The notes under the pieces were generated by a model. The model saw nothing but the letters and a program-made list of their open reading frames with translations. It was not told where the DNA came from and searched no databases. A DNA stretch of 37,623 bases, taken from positions 1-37,623 of the forward strand of contig JBDKFG010000046.1 in assembly GCA_039798785.1 (NCBI GenBank), given 5' to 3'. Both the position numbers and the translations under genes were made by a program. How positions within the stretch are numbered: the first letter of the stretch is position 1; each line of letters begins with the position of its first letter. This stretch comes from Verrucomicrobiota bacterium (GTDB lineage: Bacteria > Verrucomicrobiota > Lentisphaeria > Lentisphaerales > Lentisphaeraceae). This document shows, in pieces, positions 1 to 8,296 of this stretch.

Positions 1-966
1 GAGACGATAAAGGCGCTTCTTCAGGCGACTGTGTCGATTATCCAAGGCGGCGATGGCTCGCCGCACCTCGGCCTCGCTGCCGATGGCGTGGGCCTTGAGG
101 AAGGCCTGTTGCAGGCCACGGAGAATCGCATCGGCCTCGTCGCCATTGGGATCGAGCTTGAGCTCCAAACAGTGTTTGCGCACGGCGTATCGGAGGCTGC
201 GTCCGACGCAAAGCTCCTCAAGTTTCTGCTGCACAAAGGCGCAGAGCTTGGCCGGAACCTCGGTCTCGGCCCATTGCTTCTTCAGATCGGCAATCGGGTC
301 GACGCCGACAAGCATGACGCCGAGGCGTTCGGCTTTTTCTTCGCGGAAGATCGGCTGGCCGGTGGCTTTGGCGTGGCCGATGCCGGAGAAGGGGTCGTCG
401 GCAGGAGTTTCGGCGAGGCCGGCGTCGACGCCGTTGTTTTCGACGTAGCTGATGGCGACCCGCAGGGCAGCCTCGGGATCGCGGCGGGCGAGCTCACTGT
501 CTTCGGCGCTGAGGAGGCGCGATTGATAGCCGCCGGAGAACCAAGTGCCGAAACGTTCGTCGCCGCGCTCCTTGAAACGCTGGTTGAGGCGGTGGACGAG
601 GCTGCTGAGCAGGCTCTGCATGGTTTCGCTAAGATTGTTGCTGGAATCGCAAAGATAGCCGATGCGCCAATGATCTTCACGCTTGGGAAGCTTGGTGATC
701 AGCGCCTGTTCGTCCCAGAGCTGACGGAGTTGCTTCGGGACGATCTTTTCGCCTTCGGCGAGCAGGAGCAGATGCCAGTGGGTGTGCAGGACGTTGATAG
801 CGAACAGCGTGAAGCCGCTGGCGCGGAAGCGGGCGATGAGGAAGAGCAGGATGAAGCGACGATCTTCTTCGGACCAACGCAGGCCGTGGGCGGTGTGGCT
901 CCAGAGATGGATCACGCCGGGGCGTTCGGGGCTGAAGAGTTCGGTTGTGATTTTCTGATCGGGCAT
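1..966 (-). CDS. RAYT-like (REP-associated) Y1 HUH transposase, 3' end runs off the left edge
   Basis: Manual translation from ATG at 966 is open for 322 codons to the edge (MPDQKITTELFSPERPGVIHLWSH...). It has an HUH motif FAINVLHTHWHLLL, then FGTWFSGGYQSRLL (cf. GxxWxxRFKS) and a catalytic-Tyr segment AISYVENNGVDAGLAETPADDPFSG (cf. YIxxNPVRAGLxxxPxDYxWSS). Not in the ORF track because there is no stop codon in the window. Confidence 0.8.
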   Translation of the reverse strand, partial: MPDQKITTELFSPERPGVIHLWSHTAHGLRWSEEDRRFILLFLIARFRASGFTLFAINVLHTHWHLLLLAEGEKIVPKQLRQLWDEQALITKLPKREDHWRIGYLCDSSNNLSETMQSLLSSLVHRLNQRFKERGDERFGTWFSGGYQSRLLSAEDSELARRDPEAALRVAISYVENNGVDAGLAETPADDPFSGIGHAKATGQPIFREEKAERLGVMLVGVDPIADLKKQWAETEVPAKLCAFVQQKLEELCVGRSLRYAVRKHCLELKLDPNGDEADAILRGLQQAFLKAHAIGSEAEVRRAIAALDNRHSRLKKRLYRL

Positions 967-1000
967 AGTTGGCTTCCGACTGGGGAGTCATTGGCTAATA

Positions 1001-1023
1001 AATAGGCTTACAATTTGCCTATT
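1001..1023. promoter_or_regulatory. Inverted repeat upstream of the RAYT-like gene (possible operator)
   Basis: AATAGGC-N9-GCCTATT, 35-57 bp upstream of the ATG. Confidence 0.35.
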
Positions 1024-1080
1024 CAAGGGGGATTGCTGAGAATTCACCTTTCAAGGGTGTTGTCTACAAAACGACGAGAG

Positions 1081-1117
1081 AAAGAAAAACCGCCGTCTCC
1101 GGGCGGGAGACGGCGGT
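1081..1117 (-). terminator. Rho-independent terminator of the ilvB-ilvN-ilvN operon
   Basis: 12-bp stem ACCGCCGTCTCC/GGAGACGGCGGT, followed on the minus strand by a T-rich tract. Confidence 0.85.
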
Positions 1118-1136
1118 GATTCCGGCGGACTCGCGA

Positions 1137-1628
1137 TCAGGTGTTGCCTGAGCCGCGGGCCATCAGCATTTTGCCGGAGCGGACCAGCTCGATGATGCCG
1201 TGGGGACGGAGCATCTCGATGAGGGAGTCGATCTTCTCGGTTTTGCCGGTCGCCTCGATGACTAGGGAGTCGGTGCTGAGGTCGACGGTGCGGGCCTTGA
1301 AGTGATCGACGAACTGCAGGATCTCGGTGCGGTTAGCCGGGTTGAGCCGGACCTTCACCATGGCGAATTCCTTGACGATCGACTTCCTGTCGGCGTGTTC
1401 GGTGCAATGGAGGACGTCGACCAGCTTGCCGATCTGGTGGACGATCTGCTCGATCCCCTCGGAGCTGCCTTGCGCGGTGATGGTGATGCGGGAGAACCTG
1501 CCGTCCATCTCGGGCGAGACGATGAGCGAGTCGATGTTGAAGCCGCGCCGTGCGAAGACCTGGATCAGGCGGGAGAGCACGCCGGCCTTGTTGACGACGG
1601 TGAGCGACAGGACGTGGGAGCGTGACAT
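1137..1628 (-). CDS. ilvN: Acetolactate synthase regulatory (small) subunit, copy 2
   Basis: ACT domain VNKAGVLSRLIQVFARRGFNIDSL; C-terminal IELVRSGKMLMARG; downstream of ilvB. Confidence 0.93.
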   Translation of the reverse strand: MSRSHVLSLTVVNKAGVLSRLIQVFARRGFNIDSLIVSPEMDGRFSRITITAQGSSEGIEQIVHQIGKLVDVLHCTEHADRKSIVKEFAMVKVRLNPANRTEILQFVDHFKARTVDLSTDSLVIEATGKTEKIDSLIEMLRPHGIIELVRSGKMLMARGSGNT

Positions 1629-1635
1629 GGGGGCC

Positions 1636-2127
1636 TCAGGTCTTGGTTTCGCCGCGCGCCATCAGCATCTTGCCGGAGCGGACGAGCTCGACAATCTGGT
1701 GCTGACGGAGCAGGCCGATCATGGCGTCGATCTTGTCGGTATCGCCGTCGACCTGGATGATCAACGAGGAGGGGGTGAGGTCGACGGTCTTGCCCTTGAA
1801 GTGCTCGACGATCTGGAGCAGTTCGGCGCGGGTTTCGGGGGCGAGGAGGACCTTGATCAGGGCCATTTCCTTGATGATCGAGCGGCCGCCGGTGTGCTCT
1901 TCGCAGTGGACGACATCGACCAGCTTGGCGAGCTGCTGGACAATCTGGTCGACGTTGGAAGAGTCGCCCTGGGCGGCGATGGTGACGCGCGAGTACTTGC
2001 CGTCCATCTCGGGCGAGGCGACGATGGAGTCGACGTTGTAGCCGCGGCGGGCGAAGATCTGGAAGATCCGCATCAGGACGCCGGGTTTGTTGACGGCGTA
2101 GAGCGACAGGATGTGTTGCTTGGACAT
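1636..2127 (-). CDS. ilvN: Acetolactate synthase regulatory (small) subunit, copy 1
   Basis: ACT domain VNKPGVLMRIFQIFARRGYNVDSI; C-terminal VELVRSGKMLMARG; AGGAG RBS. Confidence 0.93.
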   Translation of the reverse strand: MSKQHILSLYAVNKPGVLMRIFQIFARRGYNVDSIVASPEMDGKYSRVTIAAQGDSSNVDQIVQQLAKLVDVVHCEEHTGGRSIIKEMALIKVLLAPETRAELLQIVEHFKGKTVDLTPSSLIIQVDGDTDKIDAMIGLLRQHQIVELVRSGKMLMARGETKT

Positions 2128-2143
2128 GGGTGGCTCCTGGGGA

Positions 2144-3859
2144 TCAGGTCGAACCGGCGGGTTTTTCGTACTTGGTACGGGTCTTGGGGGCTTCGATGAT
2201 CATCTTTTCGTAGGGGGCTCCGGAGGGGATCATCGGGTAGACGTTGTCGGTCTTGGCGCAGATGGCTTCGATCAGGCAGGGGCCGCCCTTGTAGTCGAGG
2301 GCCTGCTTGAGGATGCCGGCGACGTCTTCGGACTTCTCCAGTTTCCAGGCCTTGATGCCGTAGGCTTCAGCCAGTTTGACGAAGTCGGGGTTGCCGACCA
2401 GGTCGACGCCGGAGAGGCGGTCGTCGTAGAAGAGTTCCTGCCATTGACGGACCATGCCGAGGTAGGAGTTGTTGAGGACCAGGACGATGACCGGGAGCTT
2501 GTGAATCGCGGCGGTGGCGAGTTCGCACAGGGTCATCTGGAAGCCGCCGTCACCGACGACGGCGAGGGCTTTTTCGCCCTTTCGGCCGAAAGCTGCGCCG
2601 ATGGCGTAGGGCAGGCCGACGCCCATGGTGCCGGCGCCGCCGGAGCTGAGCCAGTTCTCGCCGCGGTCGGAGAGGATGAATTGGGCGGCCCACATCTGGT
2701 GCTGGCCGACGTCGGTGGTGACGATGGGCTTGGTGCCGGCGACTTTGTAGAAGGTGTCGAGCACTTCCTGCTGAGTCAGGCTGCCGGGGATCTTGTCGTA
2801 CTTGAGCGGGTGCTTGGCCTTGAAGGCGTGACAGGCGCTGATCCACGAGGGATTCTGCACCGGGCTCAGCTGCGAGTTGAGCTCTTCGATGACGAGGCGC
2901 GCGTCGCCACAGACGAAGATGTCGGGGCGGACCATCTTGCCGTGTTCGGCCGGGTCGATGTCGATGTGCATCTTGACCGCGTCCTTGCAGAATTCCGACA
3001 GCTTGCCGACGATGCGGTCATCCCAGCGCGAGCCGATGGAGAGGATGAGGTCGCAATCCATGACGGCGAGGTTGGCGTAGGCGGTGCCGTGCATGCCGAG
3101 CATGCCCAGGGACAAGGTGTGAGTCTCGGGGAAGGCACCTTTGCCGAGGAGGGTGGTGACGACCGGGCAGTTGATCTTCTCGGCCATCGCGATGATGGCT
3201 TTTTCCGCCTTGGCGATGATGGCGCCGTGGCCGACCAGGAGCAGAGGCTTCTTGGCCTTCTTGATCTTCTCGGCCATGGCGTGGATCTTCTTCGAGTCGC
3301 CGTGGCCGGGGAAGCTGTAGCCGGGGATGTCGAGGGCGGCATCGGTATCGAATTCGCCTTCGGCCGAGCTGACGTCCTTGGGGATGTCGATCAGGACCGG
3401 GCCGGGACGGCCTGTGGTGGCGATGTGGAAGGCTTCGTTGACGACGCGGGTCAGCTCCTTGGGATTCTTGACCAGGTAGCTGTGCTTGACGCAGGGCAGA
3501 GAGATGCCGAAGACGTCGGCTTCCTGGAAGGCGTCCTTGCCGAGCATCGGGGTGATGGTCTGGCCGGTGAGGACGATGATGGGCACGGAGTCCATCTGGG
3601 CGGTGATCAGGCCGGTGATGGTGTTGGTGGCGCCGGGGCCGGAGGTGACCAGGACGACGCCGGGCTTGCCGGTGGCGCGGGCGTAGCCGTCGGCCATGTG
3701 GGTGGCGCCTTGTTCGTGGCGGACGAGAATGAGTTCGATCTTGGTCTTGGTAGTGATGATGGCGTCAAAGATCGGGATGGCGGCGCCGCCGGAATAGCCG
3801 AAGATGTATTCGACGCCGTGTTTCTCGAGGCATTTGATCAAGGCTTCTGCTGCAGTCAT
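2144..3859 (-). CDS. ilvB: Acetolactate synthase large (catalytic) subunit
   Basis: [35 protein letters not shown], ThDP motif GDGGFQMT...[14 protein letters not shown]. Confidence 0.97.
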   Translation of the reverse strand: MTAAEALIKCLEKHGVEYIFGYSGGAAIPIFDAIITTKTKIELILVRHEQGATHMADGYARATGKPGVVLVTSGPGATNTITGLITAQMDSVPIIVLTGQTITPMLGKDAFQEADVFGISLPCVKHSYLVKNPKELTRVVNEAFHIATTGRPGPVLIDIPKDVSSAEGEFDTDAALDIPGYSFPGHGDSKKIHAMAEKIKKAKKPLLLVGHGAIIAKAEKAIIAMAEKINCPVVTTLLGKGAFPETHTLSLGMLGMHGTAYANLAVMDCDLILSIGSRWDDRIVGKLSEFCKDAVKMHIDIDPAEHGKMVRPDIFVCGDARLVIEELNSQLSPVQNPSWISACHAFKAKHPLKYDKIPGSLTQQEVLDTFYKVAGTKPIVTTDVGQHQMWAAQFILSDRGENWLSSGGAGTMGVGLPYAIGAAFGRKGEKALAVVGDGGFQMTLCELATAAIHKLPVIVLVLNNSYLGMVRQWQELFYDDRLSGVDLVGNPDFVKLAEAYGIKAWKLEKSEDVAGILKQALDYKGGPCLIEAICAKTDNVYPMIPSGAPYEKMIIEAPKTRTKYEKPAGST

Positions 3860-3965
3860 GGGGAACTCCTGGGGCTCAGTACGGGGAATGATGTCATGGA
3901 CGAAAATGCGACCAAAGAAAAAATCTGGTCAGGGACGAAAAGAAGGAAATGGTTCGCCTCCATCG

Positions 3966-4000
3966 GGCACGGTTTTCGAGCGACTCGAAAAACCTGTGCC
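3966..4000 (-). promoter_or_regulatory. Leader hairpin (attenuator-type stem) between the leader peptide and ilvB
   Basis: GGCACGGTTTTCGAG-CGA-CTCGAAAAACCTGTGCC, directly abutting the leader stop codon; nearest U-rich tract (TTTCCTTCTTTT) is about 16 nt downstream. Confidence 0.55.
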
Positions 4001-4087
4001 TCAGGGGAGCCTCGCAAAGAAGCCCCCCCCCATAAGTCGTACTACGACTACGGGCGACAGGCTGAGTTGTGCAAGGACTTTGGACAT
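4001..4087 (-). CDS. Putative ilv attenuator leader peptide MSKVLAQLSLSPVVVVRLMGGGFFARLP
   Basis: 28-aa ORF with AGGAAAG upstream; Val run GTA GTC GTA GTA plus several Leu codons; VVVVR also occurs in the E. coli ilvB leader; lies between a promoter and ilvB. Confidence 0.75.
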   Translation of the reverse strand: MSKVLAQLSLSPVVVVRLMGGGFFARLP

Positions 4088-4121
4088 GGTGTATCGACAC
4101 TTTCCTAGTTTAACGATTGCC

Positions 4122-4150
4122 ATCATAACCGCGATGCTCGATTCACGCAA
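4122..4150 (-). promoter_or_regulatory. sigma70-type promoter for the ilv leader and operon
   Basis: TTGCGT-17 nt-TATGAT on the minus strand, about 35 bp upstream of the leader ATG. Confidence 0.65.
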
Positions 4151-4673
4151 GAGCGAACAGAAATTTTGCGTGTCACAAGTCTTCAAATCTAGAATCAATT
4201 CGACTGAGACAGGTCGAACAATGATGACCTCCTGGGGATTTCGGCAAGCTGTCGCCTGCCCCCTCCGAAGCAACTCAGTGATTTCAGACATGACAGAGCT
4301 GCACCGGCAGCCGCCTGGGCGAATTCTCGATCCACCGCCCTCGTCATGCACTTCTTGTATGGGGCGAGGCCGGCCTGCCACGGAAAGCTTCAGGTCAAAC
4401 CTCACGTCCCACAAAGCTCCCGAAAGCGCCTGAGCAAGCCACAAACATCCCATAAAGACACCCCAACCATCTCTTGTCTATGCAAGCCAAAGCACCTTCA
4501 TTCCGTGTCATAAATTGATTTTTTTGACACACTTTCAAATCATCGGATTCCGTAAAAACCCAAGCTTGTCATATTCGAATTTCGAAATTCACCCCGGAAA
4601 TAAGCTCGAGAATTTCGTATAAACATGCCTGAAATAAAAGGGAAAGACAAGATTTTGAACTTCGTAGCGCACC

Positions 4674-4704
4674 TTGAAGTCTTTCTGACACTAAGTATTC
4701 TTAG
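4674..4704 (+). promoter_or_regulatory. Candidate promoter with an overlapping palindromic operator
   Basis: TTGAAG-16 nt-TATTCT; CTAAG-TATT-CTTAG inverted repeat at 4691-4704 covers the -10. Confidence 0.45.
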
Positions 4705-4743
4705 AGGAGTCAAGACAACACGAACACAAGAAGGAGAGACACC

Positions 4744-4959
4744 ATGAGCAACACCGTTCTGGCCATCCGCAACGAAACTGGCAACAAGAACCACCACCTC
4801 TGGAACAACAACGGCACCTGGTTCGTCCACTACACCATCTACCCCTCGGGCGTGACCAAGCAGCGCATCCGCAAGTCACTCAAGACCAAGTCGGAGCAGG
4901 AAGCCCGCGAACGCCGAGACTTGCTCTTCGCCGATCTCCGCTCCAGCGTCCGTCGCTGA
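4744..4959 (+). CDS. Small basic hypothetical protein resembling an integrase arm-type DNA-binding module
   Basis: AAGGAG RBS, GC3-rich codons and its own terminator; HHLWNNNGTWFVHYT...RIRKSLKTKSEQEARERRD matches the three-strand plus 'RxSLxT...EA' helix pattern. Confidence 0.8.
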   Translation: MSNTVLAIRNETGNKNHHLWNNNGTWFVHYTIYPSGVTKQRIRKSLKTKSEQEARERRDLLFADLRSSVRR

Positions 4960-4981
4960 AAGCTGGACCCAGTCCTTCGGG

Positions 4982-5010
4982 CGCCCCTCAAGCGAGGGGC
5001 GTTTTTGTTT
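4982..5010 (+). terminator. Rho-independent terminator
   Basis: CGCCCCTC-AAGC-GAGGGGCG followed by TTTTTGTTT. Confidence 0.85.
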
Positions 5011-5125
5011 CGGGAATCCGCAGAGGCTTCTGAGTCGCGAGGATCCGGCACGAATTTCTCGACTTCGGCGCCTCATTCCGCGCCACTGGTGCTAAGCTGC
5101 GGCGGAACAACCCAGGACCCCCTCC

Positions 5126-7840
5126 ATGCGCTTCATCGTCGGCATCGATCTCGGCACCACCAATTCAGCCATCTCCTACGCGGACCTGAACAGCCCGGAA
5201 CCGGGGCGCATCCACATCCTGCCCCTGCCGCAAAGCACCGCCCGCGGCGAAGTCGACAAGCGCCCCGGGCTGCCGAGCTTCGCCTTCCTGCCGCCGCTGT
5301 CTGAACGCGACAGCTGCCCCCTTCCCTGGGGCGAGCAAGCGGTGATCTGCGGACTGTGGGCACGGGAACACGGAGCCGCCCTGCCCGAGCGTCTGGTCAG
5401 CTCGGCCAAATCCTGGCTCACCCACAACGGCGTCGACCGCAGCGCTCGCATACTCCCCTGGGGTGAAGAATTGGAGGATGCCGACAAGCTATCGCCGGTG
5501 GAAGCCTCGGCCCTGTATCTCGGCCACATACGCGCCGCCTGGGATGCGGCTTTTTCGGGCGTCAAGGACGCCGAAGGCTCGCCCTGCCGCCTCGCCGAAC
5601 AGCAGGTGCTGCTCACCGTGCCTGCCAGCTTTGACGAAGTCGCTCGCGAGCTCACCGTCGAAGCCGCCCGCAAGGCCGGACTTCCCCATCCGGTTCTGCT
5701 TGAGGAGCCCCTCGCCGCCTTCTGCGCCTGGCTCGCCCATGCACCTGACTGGCAGGAACAGCTGCCGCCAGGGAAACGCGCACTGGTCGTCGACATCGGC
5801 GGCGGCACCAGCGACTTCACCCTGATCGATCACGCCGAGGCCGGAACGCTGCGGCGCAGCGCCGTCGGCTCGCACCTGCTTCTCGGTGGCGACAACATCG
5901 ACCTAGCCATCGCCAATCTCGCCCAGGAACGCTTCGGACGAAAACTCAGCCGTCGCCAGCTCGCCCAGCTAGGCGCCAGGGCCCGCACGGCCAAGGAGAG
6001 ACTGCTCGCCGCCGACGCGCCGGACAAATTCGACCTGGTGATCCAAGGCGAAGGATCCTCCTTGGTCGGCGGCTCCCTCCGCGCCAGTCTGGGCCGGGAC
6101 GAAGTCAGGCAACTCGTCCTGGAGGGCTTCTTCCCGCTCCTCGCACTTGACGCCCCCGGGCCGGCCCGCCGCCAAGGCCTGCGCGATCTGGGCCTCCCCT
6201 ATGAACGGGAAACCGCCGTCACCCGCCAGCTTCTCGCCTTCCTGCGCGGCGCCAATCCGGCCCAGGACGGCTCCCCCCTCCTGCCCGACCGAGTCCTCTT
6301 CAACGGCGGCAGCCTCACACCCGAGCTCCTCCGCCAGCGTCTGAGCCAGGCCCTCGCCGAGTGGTCCGGGGCTCCCGTGCCGGAACTGCCGGCGCGCGAC
6401 CTCGACCTCGCCGTCGCACTCGGGGCCACTGCACACGGCCTCGCCCGCAAGGGCATCGGGCCGCGAGTGCAAGGAGGGATCGCACGCGCCTATTTCATCG
6501 CCCTCGAAACCAGCAGCGGCCGCGACTTCGCCTGCATCCTGCCGCGCGACACCGCTGAAGGAGTCACCTGCACCCCGGAACTTCCGCTCGCGGTGCGCGC
6601 CAACGAGCCGGTCAGCTTCCTTCTAGCAGCCTCCGAAACCCGCCTCGGCGACGGACTCGGCGTCCGCATCGGCAGCGCCGAGGACCTCAGCCTGCTGCCG
6701 CCGCTGCGCACCGTCGTCGCCTTCGGCAAGGCGGAAAAACGCGAAGTCCAGGTCCGTCTCAGCGCCACCACCAACGAGATCGGCACTCTCGACCTCTGGC
6801 TCGAAGCCCCCGCCAGCGGCCACCGCTGGAAGCTCGCCTTCGACCTCCGCGCCGTCCACCAAGGCAGCGCCGCCGCACCCACCCAGCAAAGCGCCGCAGT
6901 GCCTCAAAACGCCATCGAAGCCGCCATCACAGCCCTCCACTCGGCCTTGGGACCGGAAGGGAGCTCCGGCCGCTGCCAAGGATTGATGAAGGAGCTCGAG
7001 GCTGCTCTCGGCCTGCCTCGCGGCGATTGGCCCCTCCCCCTCCTCCGCCAACTTGCCGACGCCCTTATCGAACTCCTGCCCCATTTCGCCAGTGACGCGG
7101 CCCGCGAGGCCCGCGGCCTCAACCTTCTCGGCTGGTGCCTACGCCCCGGCTTCGGCGACCCCGGTGACGACTTGCGACTGCGCCGCCTCTGGACCCGCTG
7201 GCACTCCGGCTCCAGCTTCCCCAAGGACGCCCAGGCCGCCAGTGAATGGTGGACTCTCTGGCGCCGCTGCTCCGGCGGCCTCAAGCGCGGCCAGCAGGAA
7301 CAGATGCAGCACGCCATTGTCAGGCGCCTCTACGAAGGCAGCTCCTGGAGGCCCGACCCCAAAGCGCCGGAACAGGAACGCCGCGAACTGATCCGCTGCC
7401 TCGGCTCGCTCGAGCTCATGCCGGTGACTGCCAAAGCTCGCCACGCCGCCGCCCTCGCCTGCCGAAGCCCGAAACTCGACGAAGGTGAACTGTGGACTCT
7501 CGGACGCCTGCTCTCCAGGCGCCTCGCTTACGGCCCAGCCGACCTCGTGCTCCCCGCCGCTGCGGCAAGCGCCGCGCTCCGCCTCCTCCTTGATGCCCCA
7601 GTGAAAAAGCAAGCCCAGCCCTTCGCCTTCTGCCTCCTGCGCGGCGCCGGGCTGCGCGGCGATGCCGCACTCGACCTCCCCGAGCCCCTGCGCGACGAGA
7701 TCCGCCAAGTCCTCTCGAGCCTCGGGCAAAACGAGGCCCAGCTCGAGCATCTGCACCTCGTCAAAGAGGACAGCCGCGACGAATCGAAGCAGCTCTTCGG
7801 CGACGAATTGCCACTCGGGCTGAAGCTTAGCGAAGGATGA
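5126..7840 (+). CDS. Hsp70/DnaK-like ATPase with a C-terminal DUF3731-type domain
   Basis: GIDLGTTNS, TVPASFD, EEPLAA, VDIGGGTSD, LGGDNID; C-terminal LNLLGWCLRPGFGDPGD and WWTLWRR..GGL typical of DUF3731. Confidence 0.88.
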   Translation: MRFIVGIDLGTTNSAISYADLNSPEPGRIHILPLPQSTARGEVDKRPGLPSFAFLPPLSERDSCPLPWGEQAVICGLWAREHGAALPERLVSSAKSWLTHNGVDRSARILPWGEELEDADKLSPVEASALYLGHIRAAWDAAFSGVKDAEGSPCRLAEQQVLLTVPASFDEVARELTVEAARKAGLPHPVLLEEPLAAFCAWLAHAPDWQEQLPPGKRALVVDIGGGTSDFTLIDHAEAGTLRRSAVGSHLLLGGDNIDLAIANLAQERFGRKLSRRQLAQLGARARTAKERLLAADAPDKFDLVIQGEGSSLVGGSLRASLGRDEVRQLVLEGFFPLLALDAPGPARRQGLRDLGLPYERETAVTRQLLAFLRGANPAQDGSPLLPDRVLFNGGSLTPELLRQRLSQALAEWSGAPVPELPARDLDLAVALGATAHGLARKGIGPRVQGGIARAYFIALETSSGRDFACILPRDTAEGVTCTPELPLAVRANEPVSFLLAASETRLGDGLGVRIGSAEDLSLLPPLRTVVAFGKAEKREVQVRLSATTNEIGTLDLWLEAPASGHRWKLAFDLRAVHQGSAAAPTQQSAAVPQNAIEAAITALHSALGPEGSSGRCQGLMKELEAALGLPRGDWPLPLLRQLADALIELLPHFASDAAREARGLNLLGWCLRPGFGDPGDDLRLRRLWTRWHSGSSFPKDAQAASEWWTLWRRCSGGLKRGQQEQMQHAIVRRLYEGSSWRPDPKAPEQERRELIRCLGSLELMPVTAKARHAAALACRSPKLDEGELWTLGRLLSRRLAYGPADLVLPAAAASAALRLLLDAPVKKQAQPFAFCLLRGAGLRGDAALDLPEPLRDEIRQVLSSLGQNEAQLEHLHLVKEDSRDESKQLFGDELPLGLKLSEG

Positions 7841-7844
7841 GGCC

Positions 7845-8102
7845 ATGCTTCACCGACTCCTCGCCTTCCTGCCTCTCGGCGATGCCACCGTGGAGATCTC
7901 CCGCGGCCTCGCCTCGGCCCGCCGCGGCCAGATTCGCGGCTTGCTTCTCTCCGAGCTCAACGACTTCGCCCGCGAGCACGGCATCACCGACGCCTGCATC
8001 CATTCGCGGCAACGCCCCGGCTACGGCTTCAGCCTGCGCATCTACGGAGTCCCCCCCTCGCTGCACCAGCGGCTGCGCAACATCTGGGGTGCCAACCGCT
8101 GA
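7845..8102 (+). CDS. DUF3634-like small protein
   Basis: 85 aa ending GVPPSLHQRLRNIW; starts 4 nt after the Hsp70 stop. Confidence 0.65.
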   Translation: MLHRLLAFLPLGDATVEISRGLASARRGQIRGLLLSELNDFAREHGITDACIHSRQRPGYGFSLRIYGVPPSLHQRLRNIWGANR

Positions 8103-8103
8103 A

Positions 8104-8240
8104 GCTAGATTCCGCTGCCGCAATGAAACCGGGGCGGAGATCGCAGTCGTCGCCGTTTTTCTTGATGCTGAATGCCTTGCGCTTCAACCTTATCAACTCA
8201 CAAGCTGTGTTTCCCAGCTTGTTCAACTGCGGCTTTTAGG
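8104..8240. mobile_element. MITE-like element (copy A) with CTGAA target duplication
   Basis: Degenerate ends GCTAGATTCCGCTG and CTGCGGCTTTTAGG; CTGAA on both sides (8099-8103, 8241-8245); interior is the reverse complement of about 24090-24177. Confidence 0.7.
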
Positions 8241-8296
8241 CTGAAGCGAAAAGCTCTACCTGTTCAAGTCATCTTTCGATGACCAGGCCGATATGC

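Noticed and set aside
31..1005. 324-aa plus-strand ORF in the track
   Set aside because: Antisense shadow of the RAYT-like gene; no motifs of its own
2111..4108. Long antisense ORFs (665 aa here; also 27693-30515, 9293-10513, 13019-14074, 33085-34050)
   Set aside because: Shadows of well-supported genes caused by high-GC codon bias
4088..4453. 150-aa ORF extending the ilv leader upstream
   Set aside because: A promoter and RBS lie inside it, directly before ATG 4087; the upstream part has no support
7837..8244. 135-aa ORF overlapping the DUF3634-like gene
   Set aside because: Alternative frame reading through MITE copy A; the 85-aa frame has the family-like C-terminus
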